DNA of 64,000 nucleotides from the NCBI GenBank assembly GCA_013265495.1, contig MU061578.1, positions 505,308-569,307 on the forward strand, read 5' to 3'. The stretch's first letter is position 1. Every line of letters begins with the position of its first letter. The notes under the pieces were generated by a model, which saw nothing but the letters and a program-made list of their open reading frames with translations, was not told where the DNA came from and made no database searches. Both the position numbers and the translations under genes were made by a program. Shown here piece after piece: positions 1 through 13,653 of this stretch. Origin of the DNA: Vicugna vicugna (lineage: Eukaryota).

Positions 1-315
1 ATAGAAGGAAAGAGGGAAACGTGTTGGGATTAAATCTGGATGATCCACAATTTCTAAATGTTTTCTACACTGTAAACAAAACCATACAGCGCAGTGAAGG
101 TAGAATGATTGCGGGGAATTAAATGTTCCAATTAGAAATTGCTCTCGTTTTTCCCTCTTCTCACCTTCCCTCTCCAAACATGAAAGATCACAGGGAAAAC
201 ACGGTGGATATGAAAGAATAAGGTGATGGGGTTGTGTGTTTCCTTTACTAACATCTCAAAGCTCAACTGGCTTCTTCTATAATGTCTTTCTGAAAACTAG
301 GATGGTGATTTGTTA

Positions 316-420
316 CAAAATCAGATAGCTCCAAACTGACTCAGAATCTGTGTCTTGGGAAGCTGCATTTTCACAAGCATCACAGGGATTCTGAGGCATA
401 GACACGTCCTAGGAGCACTG
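316..420. mobile_element. MER5-type hAT-Charlie DNA transposon fragment
   Basis: Contains 'ctcagaatct...ctgcattttcacaagc...gattctgaggca...gagcactg', resembling the recalled MER5 3' half. Confidence 0.55.
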
Positions 421-782
421 CTCTACCCTTTTCCCTTTCTCCTCATAGAGGGCTTCTCATCGGAGGACGGAGGGTGAGGGGAGCTGAAACAGGCTTGAAG
501 GGCTTCCCTTTATCTCAAATTTTAATTCCTCAGTGGAGAGTATCCCACTGAGTCAGTAGACCACAGTCATCATTGTGGAGTGAAGCTTTCAAAGCTGACC
601 ATATCACAGGCTTCTTTGTTTCCAGTTTGCATATTTTAGGTCATTAGATGTCAAATCCATTTTGTTAGACTAGGCAGAGTTGCGTAGTGCCTGCATTGGG
701 ACCTATGTAGTATGTGTCGATTTTCTTAAATGAATGTTTGTAGGTAGAAATGGCCCAGAATGGAACTGGGGACACAATTTAG

Positions 783-1078
783 CTGTGTGAGGTCCAATTT
801 GATAACCACCAGCCCATGTGTACTTGAGATGTGGTTAGATTAAACTGAGCTGTGCTGGGAGTGTGCAAAGCAGGCTGGACTTCAGACAGCGCAAAAAAAA
901 GTAAATGTGTCATTGATCATTTTTATATTGAAATGATAATATTTTGGATATGTTGGGCTAAATAAAAGATATTATTAAAAATTAACTCTACCTGATTCTT
1001 TTTCCTTCTCTAATCTGAATACTAAAAAATTAAAAATTACATGTGTATTTCACATTGTATTTCCACTGGAGGGCACTG
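783..1078. mobile_element. MER33-like hAT-Charlie DNA transposon
   Basis: Core 'gaaatgataatattttggatatgttgggctaaataaaagatattattaaaaattaa' and end 'ttccactggagggcactg' match the recalled MER33 consensus; ~300 bp. Confidence 0.75.
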
Positions 1079-1461
1079 AACTAGCCCCTTCTGTAGCTAC
1101 AGAACATTTAAAACCATACTACTAAGTGATCAGAATAGGATTTATGTTTATATATTCCATACAACCTCAGCTTCTCTTTCACACGCACGTGCACACATAC
1201 GCAGAGTACTCAAAATCAATACCCTTTGAGTTCTTTAAATCTTCCATTTAACCAGCACCACATATTGATGTCAATGACTTCCACGTACCAATCAAGGACA
1301 TCTCAGATGTATGCCTCAGGGAAACGACACATGACTAGCATGACACTTGATGCTTGTGAATTACGGAACAGAGGATACTATTTCCAAAGGAGTTAAAAGA
1401 CTACTCTGAATCCAAGTGCCAATGGTGGTCAGCTCTGGATGGTAAGATATTTGCTTTTAAT

Positions 1462-1495
1462 AACAAAACAAAACAAAACAAAACAAAACAAAAAA
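1462..1495 (+). repeat. (AAAAC)n pentanucleotide microsatellite
   Basis: Directly visible aacaaaacaaaacaaaac... Confidence 0.95.
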
Positions 1496-4400
1496 TTTTA
1501 TTTCTTTATTCAGACTGTGTATCCAAAACTTGGTGTAATACTACAGCCTTCTTAGACTCAGAAGAAGATATGGAAGGTCAGAGAAACTGGGATGCTTACA
1601 TAAACTGAATTCCCCAGCCCAGCTCAAGTCAGAATGAGATGCTCGGTTTTAAGTAAACATGAGAGCTGAAACAGTAGCTGTACTATTGCTCTGAGCCCCA
1701 GGCATTAGTAAGACTCAGAATATTCCTTCCTTCTATGCCCCCTAGTCGTTCTTGTTTTCCTTTGAAGAATAATTAAGATTTAATGGCATATTTTCACAGT
1801 TTTTTGTCTGCCTGCTTTCTGACTGCCTACTGTGCAGAATGCTTGCGTTTGATCCCAGTCATTACAAGAACTGTACAGTAATTGCCTATGTGGTGACTCA
1901 CTAATGGAGGTCCCCAGAGAGCGGAGACGCTGCTCTTTTGAAGTTCATCTTGTTTACTGTTGGCCCTTCTGGTTTAATCTATATCATCAGAGAGCCTTGC
2001 TCAATTATTGGCAGCTCAATCTCTTCTCATTGGGATCCAGACACTGGGTAAACAAGTTTCTGCTTCTTTTTCTCTTCTTTCATTCTTTTCCCTTATTTTT
2101 CCTCTCCCCCCCCTTTTATTTCTCCTTTGCTTAGCCAGATGGGCCCACACTGATCAAGCACAAGATAACTGACCGGGGATCAGTGGACCTCTGAAGAAGC
2201 CCCATAAGCCACAGGTTGGAGAGAAACTAACCAGATGGAATTGTTCTCTTCATTTAAACACGGGCTAACTTCTATTCATCTTGTAGGACCCAGGTCATGG
2301 AGCAGATTTTCCACAAAAACTTCTCAGACTTAACAAACACAGCTCCATCTGGTTTATCTGTCCCTCCACTGACTGCCGTCATAACATTGATCACAATTAA
2401 CTTTAATCATGTGTGTCACTTTTGTCACTCTAGATATGGGAGCCCCACACAGCCAAATGTTATACCTCTTTTCCTCAATTCATGGTTTAGGACACTTCTC
2501 AGTCCATATTACACAGTTAAAATGCGTTTTCAGAATGAACACACATTCTCAGGTTTTATTAAAATTGCCGTTTTCCCTCAGGAGGGAAAAATTCAGCACT
2601 AGATACCAGAGTTCTATTCCTTTCCTAACTCCTATTGCCAGAAAATATGGAATTAGAGAAAATTTCTAATAGGAGTTTGCTCATCATAAGGGTAGGGAAC
2701 CCTGTTGCTGGTGAGCATAGGCAAAGAGCACCAACTATGTGACCACTTAGAGATCTCTGTCCAGGATGCCCACGAGGACTTTCAGCACTGTAGATTTGGA
2801 CAGCGACTTCCAGTTGCTACAACAGCCCTTTTAAAAAATGGAGTTAAGCATTACAAATCAGAGTCTTTTCTGAGATTAATATCTGAGCATTGGAAATTTT
2901 ACTTTCCATTTGGAGCTCTAAAGTAAACTTAGAGATACATAATCAGGGATAAAGAGAGAAAAGAGGTGAAGAAAGAGATTTTTGTTGATGAGGTTTGAGC
3001 TCCTGCATCCAGATATATAAGAACCTAACTTTAACTCTAGACTTAACCATGATATGAGAAAAGAATTTATTCTTAAATTACTTTGATTTTATTGTTTTTA
3101 AATTAATCTTAATTCACAGAATTACACAAAACCTGGAATAGTCCTACAGTCCTGGTGCAGACATGCTTTGTATATGTGGACAACTTCAAATTGGAAAATT
3201 TGCACCACCAATAAATTTTCAGTTCAACTGAAAATAATTATGTCAATAATACATTGGCCCCATCAGTAACAGAAAGTTATTTTCCTGAGCCAGGCAATGT
3301 GGTAAACATTTTTCTTGTATTACTTTGTTTAATCTTCACAACAATGTCACAAGACATAACTATTTATTTTTCTTCTTATTTGAAGAGAGAGAAACCAAGA
3401 CTAAAAGTAGTGAAAATAGTCAGCATTTATCAATGTTGGGGCTAAGATTCATATGTAGGTCTTTCTGTCTCCAAAACTCTCCAATATTAAGAGGTATTTC
3501 TAATAATAATAAAATAATTGCATCTTTAAGAAATTTTTTTATGTAGCTTGATTAAGTAACCACGCCTAAAGTTAAGAATGCTAAGATATAAGTTTATATG
3601 AAATATCAAGGGCAGTGCAGCTTTAAACCTATTTAATTGCCATCATATTCTTTTCAGGTGGGTGGAGATTCGTGTTGCCATCTTACAGACAGGGCAGGAG
3701 ACTCTGAGAAGTTAAATGGCTTTCCTGAAGTCAAATTGCTGGTAAGTGGCAGAATTTGAGTGTGAACCCACTTATTTCTGGCCCCCAAAGCTCACTCCAA
3801 TTCAATCAAGGTGAACGCTGATCCTTAGGTAAACTTATTTCAGATACTTGGGCAACTTCTCTCAGGAATGTCCACACCACCAAGAACCAAGAGCCCCAAG
3901 TCCAATTTAGAAACCTTATTAGTCTAATAAGACTTCAGTTCCATCAGCATAATTGGCAGCCACCTCAATTGGGTACAGTCTAATTACTTTGTACTGGATT
4001 CCTCATTACTGGGTTTTGAGGGGAGGCAGAAAGTGATGAGAGAAGAAATGCACATCAGGGGAATGCCAGCGTAGCCTAAGACCTCCCTGTGAGGCGAAGA
4101 GCAGTTGCCCAAGGTCATGGGGATACTGGCACCTGGAAGAGCATGTTAGTGTACTGTCAGCCGCCTACATTTCTGTTGGCCCAAAGGCAAAACAACCAAG
4201 AGAAGTTAATATCCAAATTGTATTACAGGCATTAAAAGACTTTCTAAAGACCATCCACAGCAAGGAAAAGCTCAGAATTTGGTTGCATTGCTAATACTTA
4301 AATTACTTCATTTCTTCTAGAGGTCACCTTTCACTGAGTGAGTGTGAATCTTAGCTGTTCTTTAGGACTAAAAAACAGCAACAATAAACAAATGCACAAT

Positions 4401-4802
4401 TAACACCACCTGCATTTTTTAAACTGAATCTTGCTTTTTTTTCTGTAAAATCTCATCTATGCTTTCCTTTCTATCTGCATAACTAATACAACATTTGCAA
4501 TGACTTCCTTAGGAAACATTTCCAGAAACAGAAATGATAATTCACAGTTTATGTACTTTTTAGGGTAAGAAGCATTTTATTAAGGCCAGTACAAAGGGCT
4601 GTTAAATTATTTTTTTATATTTGCATCATTAAAAGATTGTTCTCAGCATTGCTACACTATGGCAGGTGTCAAGTAATATCTTGGAAGATGTTGCATCAAA
4701 GATGTTTTTTCTAGTGAGCAGTATGAGACAGGAGAAACTATGCTCTCAGAATGTTCTGAAATGGACTTCCCAATATTTTCCCTGAGTCTCATTTATACTC
4801 CC

Positions 4803-4981
4803 CAGCTTTACTGACGGGTAATATTGTATATATTTAAGGTGTACAATGTGATGTTTTGATACATGTACACTTTGTGAAATGATTGCCACAATCAACTTAA
4901 TTAGCATATCACATAGTTCTATCTCTTTTTTTGGTGGGAGAACATTTAAGATCTGTTCTTTTAAAGTTGTGCAAATTTCAA
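4803..4981 (-). mobile_element. L1MA-type LINE-1 3' UTR fragment
   Basis: 'tgtatatatttaaggtgtacaatgtgatgttttgatacatg...gagaacatttaagatct' is the reverse complement of an L1MA 3' end. Confidence 0.75.
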
Positions 4982-5367
4982 AGCTTTTGACACATACTGC
5001 TAAACTGTCAACTGCATACCAACCTCCAGCCCTCTGAATTTCCATCATTTTTCATTGTCATTAATTGGATAGGAAAAAAATCTAGGTTTAAATTCTGCAC
5101 TTTATATTTACTTGGTACCTTGAGCAAGTCATTGGAAAACTCTAAATACTTGCAAAAGAGCGATAATAAAAAGATCACAATATCAATTAACAACAACAAT
5201 AATAATAATGCCGAATATGGTCCTGGTGAAGGTTGAATAGATAATGCAACATTCTGCTACATGGAAAGGGCTCAGAAAGTATTTCTGTATGTCTACTTAT
5301 AAAAAGTTCCTATAACACACTGAAATATTTGTGTTTTTAAAAATTGTTGTTATTATTTAAAAAAAAA

Positions 5368-5470
5368 TTTTTTTGTTTTTATTTTTTTCAGGGGAGGTAC
5401 TGGGACTTGAACGCAGGACCCTGTGCAGGCTAAGCATGTGCTCTACCACTGAGCTACACTCACGCCCCCC
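5368..5470 (-). mobile_element. tRNA-derived SINE, Vic-1-like (camelid)
   Basis: Minus strand reads gggggg..gtgtagctcagtggtagagcacatgcttagc..gttcaagtcccagtacctcc followed by an A-rich tail; Pol III A and B boxes present; no clear TSD. Confidence 0.85.
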
Positions 5471-8400
5471 TGCCATGTATATTTTCACAGTAATACACTT
5501 GGGAGCATCAGAGAAGGGCAGATAAACACGACTTGCAAATGTCAAAGCGGACTTTCTCAAGGAGGTAACATCTGAACAGAATGGGTTTCAATTCACTCAT
5601 CACTCTCCATGTTTCATGGAATTTCAGAGACTCAAATCGTAGTCTCCAGCCCATACCCTAAGTCAGTCAGAAACTTGCTTCCCCAGGAGGAAGTTTCAAA
5701 CAGTGCCCTGACTCTAAAATGGTACCAACCATCAGAAAACAATGACTGTTTCACAGTAAGCCAATCAGCACCAGGTCCAGCTTTTTCGGCTGTTGACCTT
5801 GACCACAACAGGCCAATGCCATCTTATAAACCGTTTCGTGCTCAAAAAATAAAATATTTACACGTGAAGGAAATGTCACCACAGCACAAAAAGAAGACCA
5901 AACTGGCAGTAGAAGTCACTTTGTTGTGTGCACACATTCCAAGAGGGCTATTATGATCATGACCTCTCTACATCAAGCTTCTAAAGGAATTTTCTCTAAA
6001 AGCATTATTATGAACTCAACTCAACTTTACAAACATATGCACCTCTGGGGCTCTAACAAAACCAAGTAATTCCACTTCATTTCAACCCACAACTTATTAT
6101 ATCAATCAGTTGGTAGGTGTAATTGTTCAAGGCCAGCCATTATCAAGGAAATCAATATTGACTGACGGATTAATCTCTCAATTTGTCTTACTTCATTCCT
6201 TAAAAAAAAGGAAAATTAGAAGGAAATCTAGTAATTTTTGGGTATCTGAGGGCTCCAAAATAGCCATAATACATTAGACACGTTTCTTTGTGATTCCTTC
6301 ACGTTACCATAATATGCTTGGGACCAATCTCAACGATACATATTTTGTTTGTCCAGTGTTTCCTATTTTACACCCACCCCAGAATTAACAAGAGGCAGCT
6401 TGAGACTATTGGAAGAGAGTCGTACTTCAAGCCGGGAAAGCTGAATTCTAGTCACAGCCCTGTCACTGGGACCTTTGGTAAGTTGCATACCCTCACTGGG
6501 ACTGTTTCTTCTTGTTTAAAATAAGAATGATTGAGAGGTTCAACAGCATATATAACAAAACAGAAGGGAAAAAAAGATATCAACTTATTTCCATTTCATG
6601 TAGATACAGCACAGCCATTGGTAAGTTGAGACTGGGACAGATGCATGGCTTCAGACATCCAGGCTCTTTCTGCATTATTACTTTACCATCCTTGGCATAT
6701 AGCCCTCTTGGTGGCAGGAAGCTTCCTCAGCTCTTGCTTTCACAAGCAGGTTCCAGCCAACAAGAAGATGGCAAGGGAGAGAGATGACATACCCAACCCT
6801 ATGAAGGAGGCTTTTCAGAAGACTGTCCAGATACTTCTGCCTTTGGCTAGAATTTAGTCATATCTAGCTGCAACAGAAATTGGAAAAGGTAAACTTCTGG
6901 ATCATGGAGATTCGTGTGGAATATTTTATTATTTTCACTCCACAGAAAATTACAAGAGGCACAGTTAGTTCAGCTCCTCAAGTCTGAGAATATATGTTGA
7001 GTAAGACTCATCCCAAGAAGGCTCCCATGCATCAGAATTTTCAGTTTTTCCCAATTATCCCTCTCTTCCAACTCTGTACGTAACCACCCACATTCTATGG
7101 AAAGGGAGCAGGATAGAAACATCAAGAGAAAGAGGAAGTGTTCCCCTTTCCTCTAACATCTCCGACTTTCTTTTTGGAAAGCTCCTAGTATAATATGACC
7201 AACTTTCTATGCATAAACTATTAAAACATTTAGGATTTCTAAGCCACCTTAGAGCATAACTCTACAAGGTCCAGTGGACTGCCAACGTGGTCATGCTGCC
7301 ATGCTGCCAATGCATCAGCCAAGAGGGAAAGTGAGGAGTATCCGAAGATAAAGTGACAAAAATGCCACCTGGGGAAGAGATTAAAAAAGGCTGATCAGCT
7401 TGACCCATCTTGTAGGGAGCTTATACTGCGCCCCCAGTTTTGTTTGAAATCGCTCTCACAGGCTCGACTGAGCTACGTAGATCAGAAACTAGAGTCAAGG
7501 AAGTCAAGTAGCTTTGGTAAAATGGAGACCCCTACCAAGAGCAGAGGCAGTGTTAGCACTCTGTGAAGTCAGACCCTGTCGGTCTTATCTGGCGTTGAAT
7601 CCCTAGCACCGAGCTGAGTGTCTGGCATTATATGATCAATAAGCATCGTCTGAGTGAATGCATGAGTGAATGGATCACTCCAAATCTCATGTCCTTTCCC
7701 TCCCACCATGATTAGAGTTGTGCTCTCCCTGCTAGAAATACTTGGCAAATCGAAAGGTGATAAAACCTACAATGGAGCAGATTCCCACAGTGCTGTAGAA
7801 TTGGAAACCACATCTTATCACTACATAATGGCCCTGGTTCTATTTCCCACATCACAGAGGACGCAGCCTAAAAGAGATTGAGTTATTCCACACAAAGACT
7901 TCACAGGAGGAAGAAAAAAAAATGTTTTGATTCACTGCTCTTTCTTTTCCTGTCGTTTCAAACACAATAATGCACATTTTCATCAGAAGCTAAATGATAG
8001 TGCTTACAGTATTTAATATCTGAATTCAATTATGTTTTTGAAGGCTTATTACCATAGCAAAAGGAAAGTAGTTCAGAAAATTTCCAAAGGCATCAGGGTA
8101 CAATTGTTGAGGAAAAAGTACACACTGTTAAGGAAACTATGTACCCAGATAAAAGAGACACTGAGACCAGCACAGAGAAACACACACAGGCGCTGCGCCG
8201 GCTCCACTCGCACACACAGAAAAGACAGAAACATACAAGATAAAGGTAGAGACACACACAAGATAGGAAGAAGGATAAGGAGATAAAGAATCTCCAGTTT
8301 GATCTTCCACCACTCTTGATAGCTCTTACTCCATCATCCCTCCATAAAATTCATTTCCTCCCACCCTTTCTCCGTGCCTCAGATGGAGTAAGTTGTCAAA

Positions 8401-8488
8401 AAGCAAATCTGATCATTTCACTCATGTGCCTAAAATCTTATGTATAGGTTTCCCGTTGCCCATGGGATAAAGGTCGAAGCCCTTTAAA

Positions 8489-8875
8489 CTGGTCCCAACT
8501 GGCCAAATCTGGGACACTCTTAGCATTGAAATGAATAATGATAGCAATAGTTTATGACTGACAAAACAAAATAAAAATCCATGAGTCCATAAGGATATTT
8601 ATGAATTAGTTAGCAGGAGAGATGGTAAGGTAAAGTATGCTCTTTCTTATCTTAAACTGACAAATAATAAATATTGACGGGATAACAGAAAATCACCAGT
8701 GGGTGCTAAAATTAGTGGATAAAAAATTGATAGAGAACAAGGTAATTTACACAGTCTTAAGGAATTTCTCCACAAACTCCCTATTAATTGCAAAGGGAAA
8801 AACAGGAAAAATTTGAAAAGACAGAGGAAAAAAAGAAGATACACCACAGTTCCTTCATCTAGTACTGACTGAATT
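8489..8875 (+). mobile_element. Old L1 (L1MC/L1MD-like) 3' region fragment
   Basis: 'ggccaaatctgggaca...aataatgatag...aaatccatgagtccata...aaattagtgg' resembles recalled old L1M 3' sequence. Confidence 0.5.
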
Positions 8876-10054
8876 AACACGTTTTCTTTGGTATTTATGG
8901 TGAGCGAGAGAAAGGGGGAGGGTGGGTTTAGCCATCACGCTGTGTGAATTATGTCATGTTGCATCCTTCCTTGTTGATTATATAATTATACAATATTCAC
9001 AGGCCACCCCACCAACCAACTACACCGGGTCAAAATATATCTTTTAATTTTTGTTTAAGCGTTGCTGGAAAAACTCCACATAGTGTTTTGCTTTCGGCAC
9101 ACAACGCAAACCATGGTCTGGTCATTAAAAACCAAGAGGGAGCTGTGTATTGTGGACGCCTTAGTGTCAGCTCGGTCTGGCATCAGCAGAATCTAACGGG
9201 TCACATCAATCGTTTAATAGTAACAGACAGAGGCCAATTTTTCTCAAGAAGTGAGCTGGAGCCCAATGATTAAGAAATTTGAGGACTCAAGGCTCCTCTC
9301 CATCTTTCTTTGGCTCTGTGCATGTGGTACATTATTCAAAGTCTCCATCTCTTTGCTTTACCATCTTTAAAATGGAAAGGAGAAACCTAACTTTATGCTC
9401 ACATCTATGCTTGCAATCTTTTGACCAAGAAACAAGCATTTGGGTACCTTTCCTAAGTCAGACACCCTGTTATTGGGCAGGGAAACTGAGCAGAATAAAG
9501 CATCTTTCTACCAGGTGTTCTCAGCCCAGTGGGAGATACAGGAATTGGACAACAAATTGTAATATAACACAGTGAGGTTCATAATAGGGGAACATTGCCT
9601 ATGGTCGAGGAACTGAGAAGAGAATTATACTCAAATAATATTATATCTAGTCTAAACAACAACAGTGAAGAAGCGAGGGAGGAATCTCACAGAACTGCAG
9701 AGAGTGGGGCCAAGGACTTCAGTCTGGTGACAGCAAATGGCAGCACTTACCACTCAAAATCTCCTCTCCTATGCCCTTGGCAGACATTGTTAATCAATCC
9801 TATTTCCCTTTAAACTCAGATATCAAAGCCCTCCTTAAAAATGTGCCTTAAAATCCTGGAGCCACAGTATAGGGGAGAGAATGCCTTAGAATCAGCCAGT
9901 TCTGGGTTCAAACTCATTACGGGATGCACCATTGTGGGGTGCACCACCTTGGGCAAGGCAACCCACTTCTCCTTCCTCATCTAATCCCTCCCTGCCAGAG
10001 TTCCCATGAGAACTAAGTAAAGTAAGACAGGTGAGATTCTACTTCAGGCACGGC

Positions 10055-10670
10055 TTGGTGGGAATGTAAAATGATGCAGCCACTTTGGAAGACAGGCAAT
10101 TTCTTTAAGAGCTAAACCCAAGTTTATTATCTGTCTTAAGCAATTCTACTCCTAAGCATGTACTCAAGAGAAATGGGAACATATATCCATAGAAAAACTC
10201 TCACGTGAATGCTCATAGCAGCGTTATTCGTAATAGCCAGAATGTGTCCTTCAACAGATGACTTGCTAAATAAGATTCGGTCTATCCATATAATGGAATA
10301 TTACACAGAAATAAAAAAGAACAAAGTATAGAGACATAGCACAACATAGATGAAACTCAAAATAATTATTGTCCACTGATAAAAAAAAAAGCTAGATAGA
10401 AAGCACTAGGTATTGTGCGATCCCATCTCTATACAAGGCAAGGAGAGGCAAATTATAGATAGAAAATTGATTCCTGGTTGCCTGGGGCTGCAGGTGGGAA
10501 CCAGGATTAATTGAAAAAGAGCTGCAGGCAGTTTTTGAGGGTGATGGAGAGGCCATAATATTGTATTGTGGTGAAGGTTTCCCAGCTCTGTAAATTCATT
10601 AAAAATTATTGAACACTTAAAATTAGTGAATTTTTAATCATATAAATAATATGAAACTGTTAAAAAAATA
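10055..10670 (+). mobile_element. Old L1 (L1M) ORF2 end and 3' UTR
   Basis: 'ttggtgggaatgtaaaatgatgcagccactttggaa...aattctactcctaag...aatggaatattac...ggttgcctgggg' are L1 3' hallmarks. Confidence 0.85.
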
Positions 10671-11799
10671 TGTAAAGTTTTTGCATGGAACTTGGGCCTG
10701 CGGGACACACACAAAATTCTAATTTCAACTCTTTTCTTCCCAAAAGTCTTCTCAAACTATTCCTTTCTTCCAACATGCATTGCTACTTCTACAGAGCTCT
10801 AGAGTCATTCTTTCTTAGCAATGAAAACCATCTTGCTTCATGGTATTGCTTCCTGTTTGAAATTGTACCATTTAATTTTGGGTAGACATATTTGAAGGCT
10901 CCCCAAAAGAATGGAAACTTCCTCAAGGATTGGGACCAGCTCTTATTTACTCATTTTCATTATCTCCCATCTTTGGCATCTGGCCTTCAGCTTGGCCCCT
11001 GGCACAAAATCCAAATTCCAATATTTATTAATGGATTATTAACTTCAACCCTTAAAAAAAAAGAATTTCTTGCCAACTGTTATTTCTGATGGGAAGAAGG
11101 AAGTAATTACAAGAATGGCTACTTTCAAGGGTGAACACATTTTAGAAAACAGAGCAGCATAAAAGCAAGATCAAGTCAGAGACGCTGATTCAGGCTCAGC
11201 GTGGCTAATTAATTTACCCTGCCATGATCACTGCAGACACATCTAAATTTTAGATTTATTTTTCTCTTGACAAAGAGGCTCGTACCCAAGCCAGCCTTTT
11301 GTTGCTAAGCATTTAACAAAACAGACATTAAAGGAATTGAAGGAAAAAAATTAAAACTACCGTACTTTTTTTTATGACAAATTGATTTCTTTTAAAACAA
11401 TCCAAACAGTAGCATTTTATGCAAGAACAACACTTAAGTCAATTAAATTAACTGATGTGCGTGTTAAGATCAACCAATGCATTCACGGTCTTTCATCTAA
11501 ACAGGAGAAAGAACTTGGAATGGCTTTATAGACTCTCATATGTGAAGGTTGCTCCGAACTCACAAAGTGCTGCTCAAACTTTAATTTTGGTTCAAGCAGA
11601 CATTGAAGATACTGCTTCAGAATTTTGAAATTTTGTTCCACAATGAAAGGAAGATCCAAGTAACCTGGACAACTGCTATTTGGCCTATCAGCTTCCTCTT
11701 TCTCTTATTCTGGTGATGGGGCCTCAGTTTTCTTTTAGAAGCGTGCCCCTTCCTTTTTACAAGAACACAATGATTATCTGGATACCCTTCACCTACACT

Positions 11800-12165
11800 T
11801 ACAATTGTATATATTTTAACACTTTGATACTGTCTTTCACTCCTACTTCCTCAATGCATGTGTGTGTGCACACACACACATATATGTGGATGCATGTGTG
11901 TATCTATGTTCATATTTTTTTTTGCATCATTTGAGATTGAGCTCAATCTTTGGCACCAATTATTTTAGCACATATCTTCTATGAGTGAAGACTGCCATGG
12001 AATGATAATAGAAGTATCAAATGCAAGAACTTTAAGTGTTGGTACGATAACATTATCTAATATACAGCCCACATTCAAATTTAGAAACTTATTCTAATAA
12101 CGTACCTTACGGCACTTTTCATTCAGGATACAGCCCAGGGCCGCCTGTGGCATTTAGCTGTCACG
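11800..12165 (-). mobile_element. Old L1 (L1MC-like) 3' fragment
   Basis: 'atacagcccacattcaaattt...caggatacagcccagg...gcatttagctgtcacgt' resembles the reverse complement of an L1MC 3' end. Confidence 0.5.
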
Positions 12166-13607
12166 TTAGTGGCAGACCTCTAACAAAGTACCCAGAAAAA
12201 GGCAAACAATGTTTCTCTACTGGAGGAAGAGTAGATCTAGAAATACAAATCATGGGGTAAGACTGACTTACTAGCAAGAAGCAGCTAGTAACCACGGGAG
12301 GCAGTAGCTCTTTCTGTAAGAGTTTCAACAGTGTCATTCACTGGACAGCTTAGACAGCCCAGCTAGCTTCTTTCTTCTTCACTCATGAAAGATTTAACAT
12401 AGTAACTTGCACTCCTTAAAGTCCTAAGCCAGCGAGACAGCCTTCTATTAAGTGGCCAAGAAAACGCCACAAAAAGGCCACTTTTGTGCTCATTTGCAAA
12501 ATATGGCAAAGTTGACTTTTACTCTCTCTGGTTTCCCTTTTTTGAAGGCTTTTCCGTTTCTCCTGGTACTTGCTCCGCCACATCATCCTCTCTTCCTGCT
12601 GTTAAAAGGCAGACATGGCCGTCCTTAGCACCTGCATGCGAATTACTAGCACCCACTTCAGCAAAGACTCACGGAAGGGCCTGCAATTACTCCGGATCTC
12701 TATACATAAAAGAAGAGGTGAAGCAAAGTGCCAAGGAGTACGTCAAGAACTTATCCTCCCGGAAGGACCTACAAGACAGGTATCTTGGAAGAAGATGCAT
12801 CTTTAACGGGATTTCAGACCCATTTCTCCCAGGGTGTCGGGGAGAGTCTCACCATCCCAAGGCCTTTCAAAGCAGTCTGAAGACAGCTTTTGTTCTTTCT
12901 ACAAAATTCCTGCGTTCATTAATTCTGATCTTCTGGTAGATAACACCGTCTCTGCATCACGTGCTTTCTCTCTCTGGCAGCCAAGTTTCCTCTCCTGCCT
13001 TCTTACCCTTTAGGAGTCAGAGTCTTGATACTCACGTGAATATAAATAAACAAAACGAATGACAAACAAACAGATGCAACACATGTTAAACTTCTAGTGA
13101 TGCCTGTCTGCCTGTTTTTGTCCCCTCTTTTAACAATGAATACCCAGCTCTCCGTCCTCACAATGAAAACAGACAGTCAGGCTTCTGAGTGGCCAGAGAT
13201 GATTTGACAAAAGACGAGCCTCTGGAATCCAGGCACTTTGACCCAGGAGGCTGCCCAGATGCTTCTGGGGTCTGATCGCTTTTGCACTGGTCACAGTTAT
13301 AATAATCCTTCACAATCTGATTTTATGCCAGAAAGCAGATTAAAAGACACAAATTAGAAAAAGAAAAAGAGTTCGTTGGAAATTGGTGATCACAGAAGTG
13401 AAACTGGATGCCAACTTTAAGGGAAGGAAAAGAGCAAAAATCTTTAAGAATCGCAGGAAAAGCAGACCCCATAGATCAAAAAGCTGAGAACATGGTGGCG
13501 GGGGGACAGTTAGTGCAAGGACAAACCAGCTTCTCCACCTGAATCAGCCCCAGAGCATCATTTGTTATATCACACCTCGACAAAGAATGTGTCAGACATT
13601 TGGCCTT

Positions 13608-13653
13608 GAATCATTAGAGAAAAGTTATCCGAATCATTAGAGAAAAGTTATCC
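13608..13653. repeat. Perfect 23-bp tandem duplication (gaatcattagagaaaagttatcc x2)
   Basis: Copies at 13608-13630 and 13631-13653 are identical. Confidence 0.97.

Noticed and set aside
1370..1447. Donor-like ATG|GTAAGA preceded by an open frame (QRILFPKELKDYSESKCQWWSALD)
   Set aside because: No good acceptor or start upstream and the peptide is unrecognised
5391..5470. tRNA-like sequences (also ~32105-32179 and 37095-37165)
   Set aside because: A-rich tails, TSDs in two copies and divergent stems mark them as SINE heads, not tRNA genes
12484..12939. 151-aa ORF in non-repeat DNA
   Set aside because: Non-ATG start, no recognisable domain and no convincing flanking splice sites; a length like this is expected by chance in 64 kb
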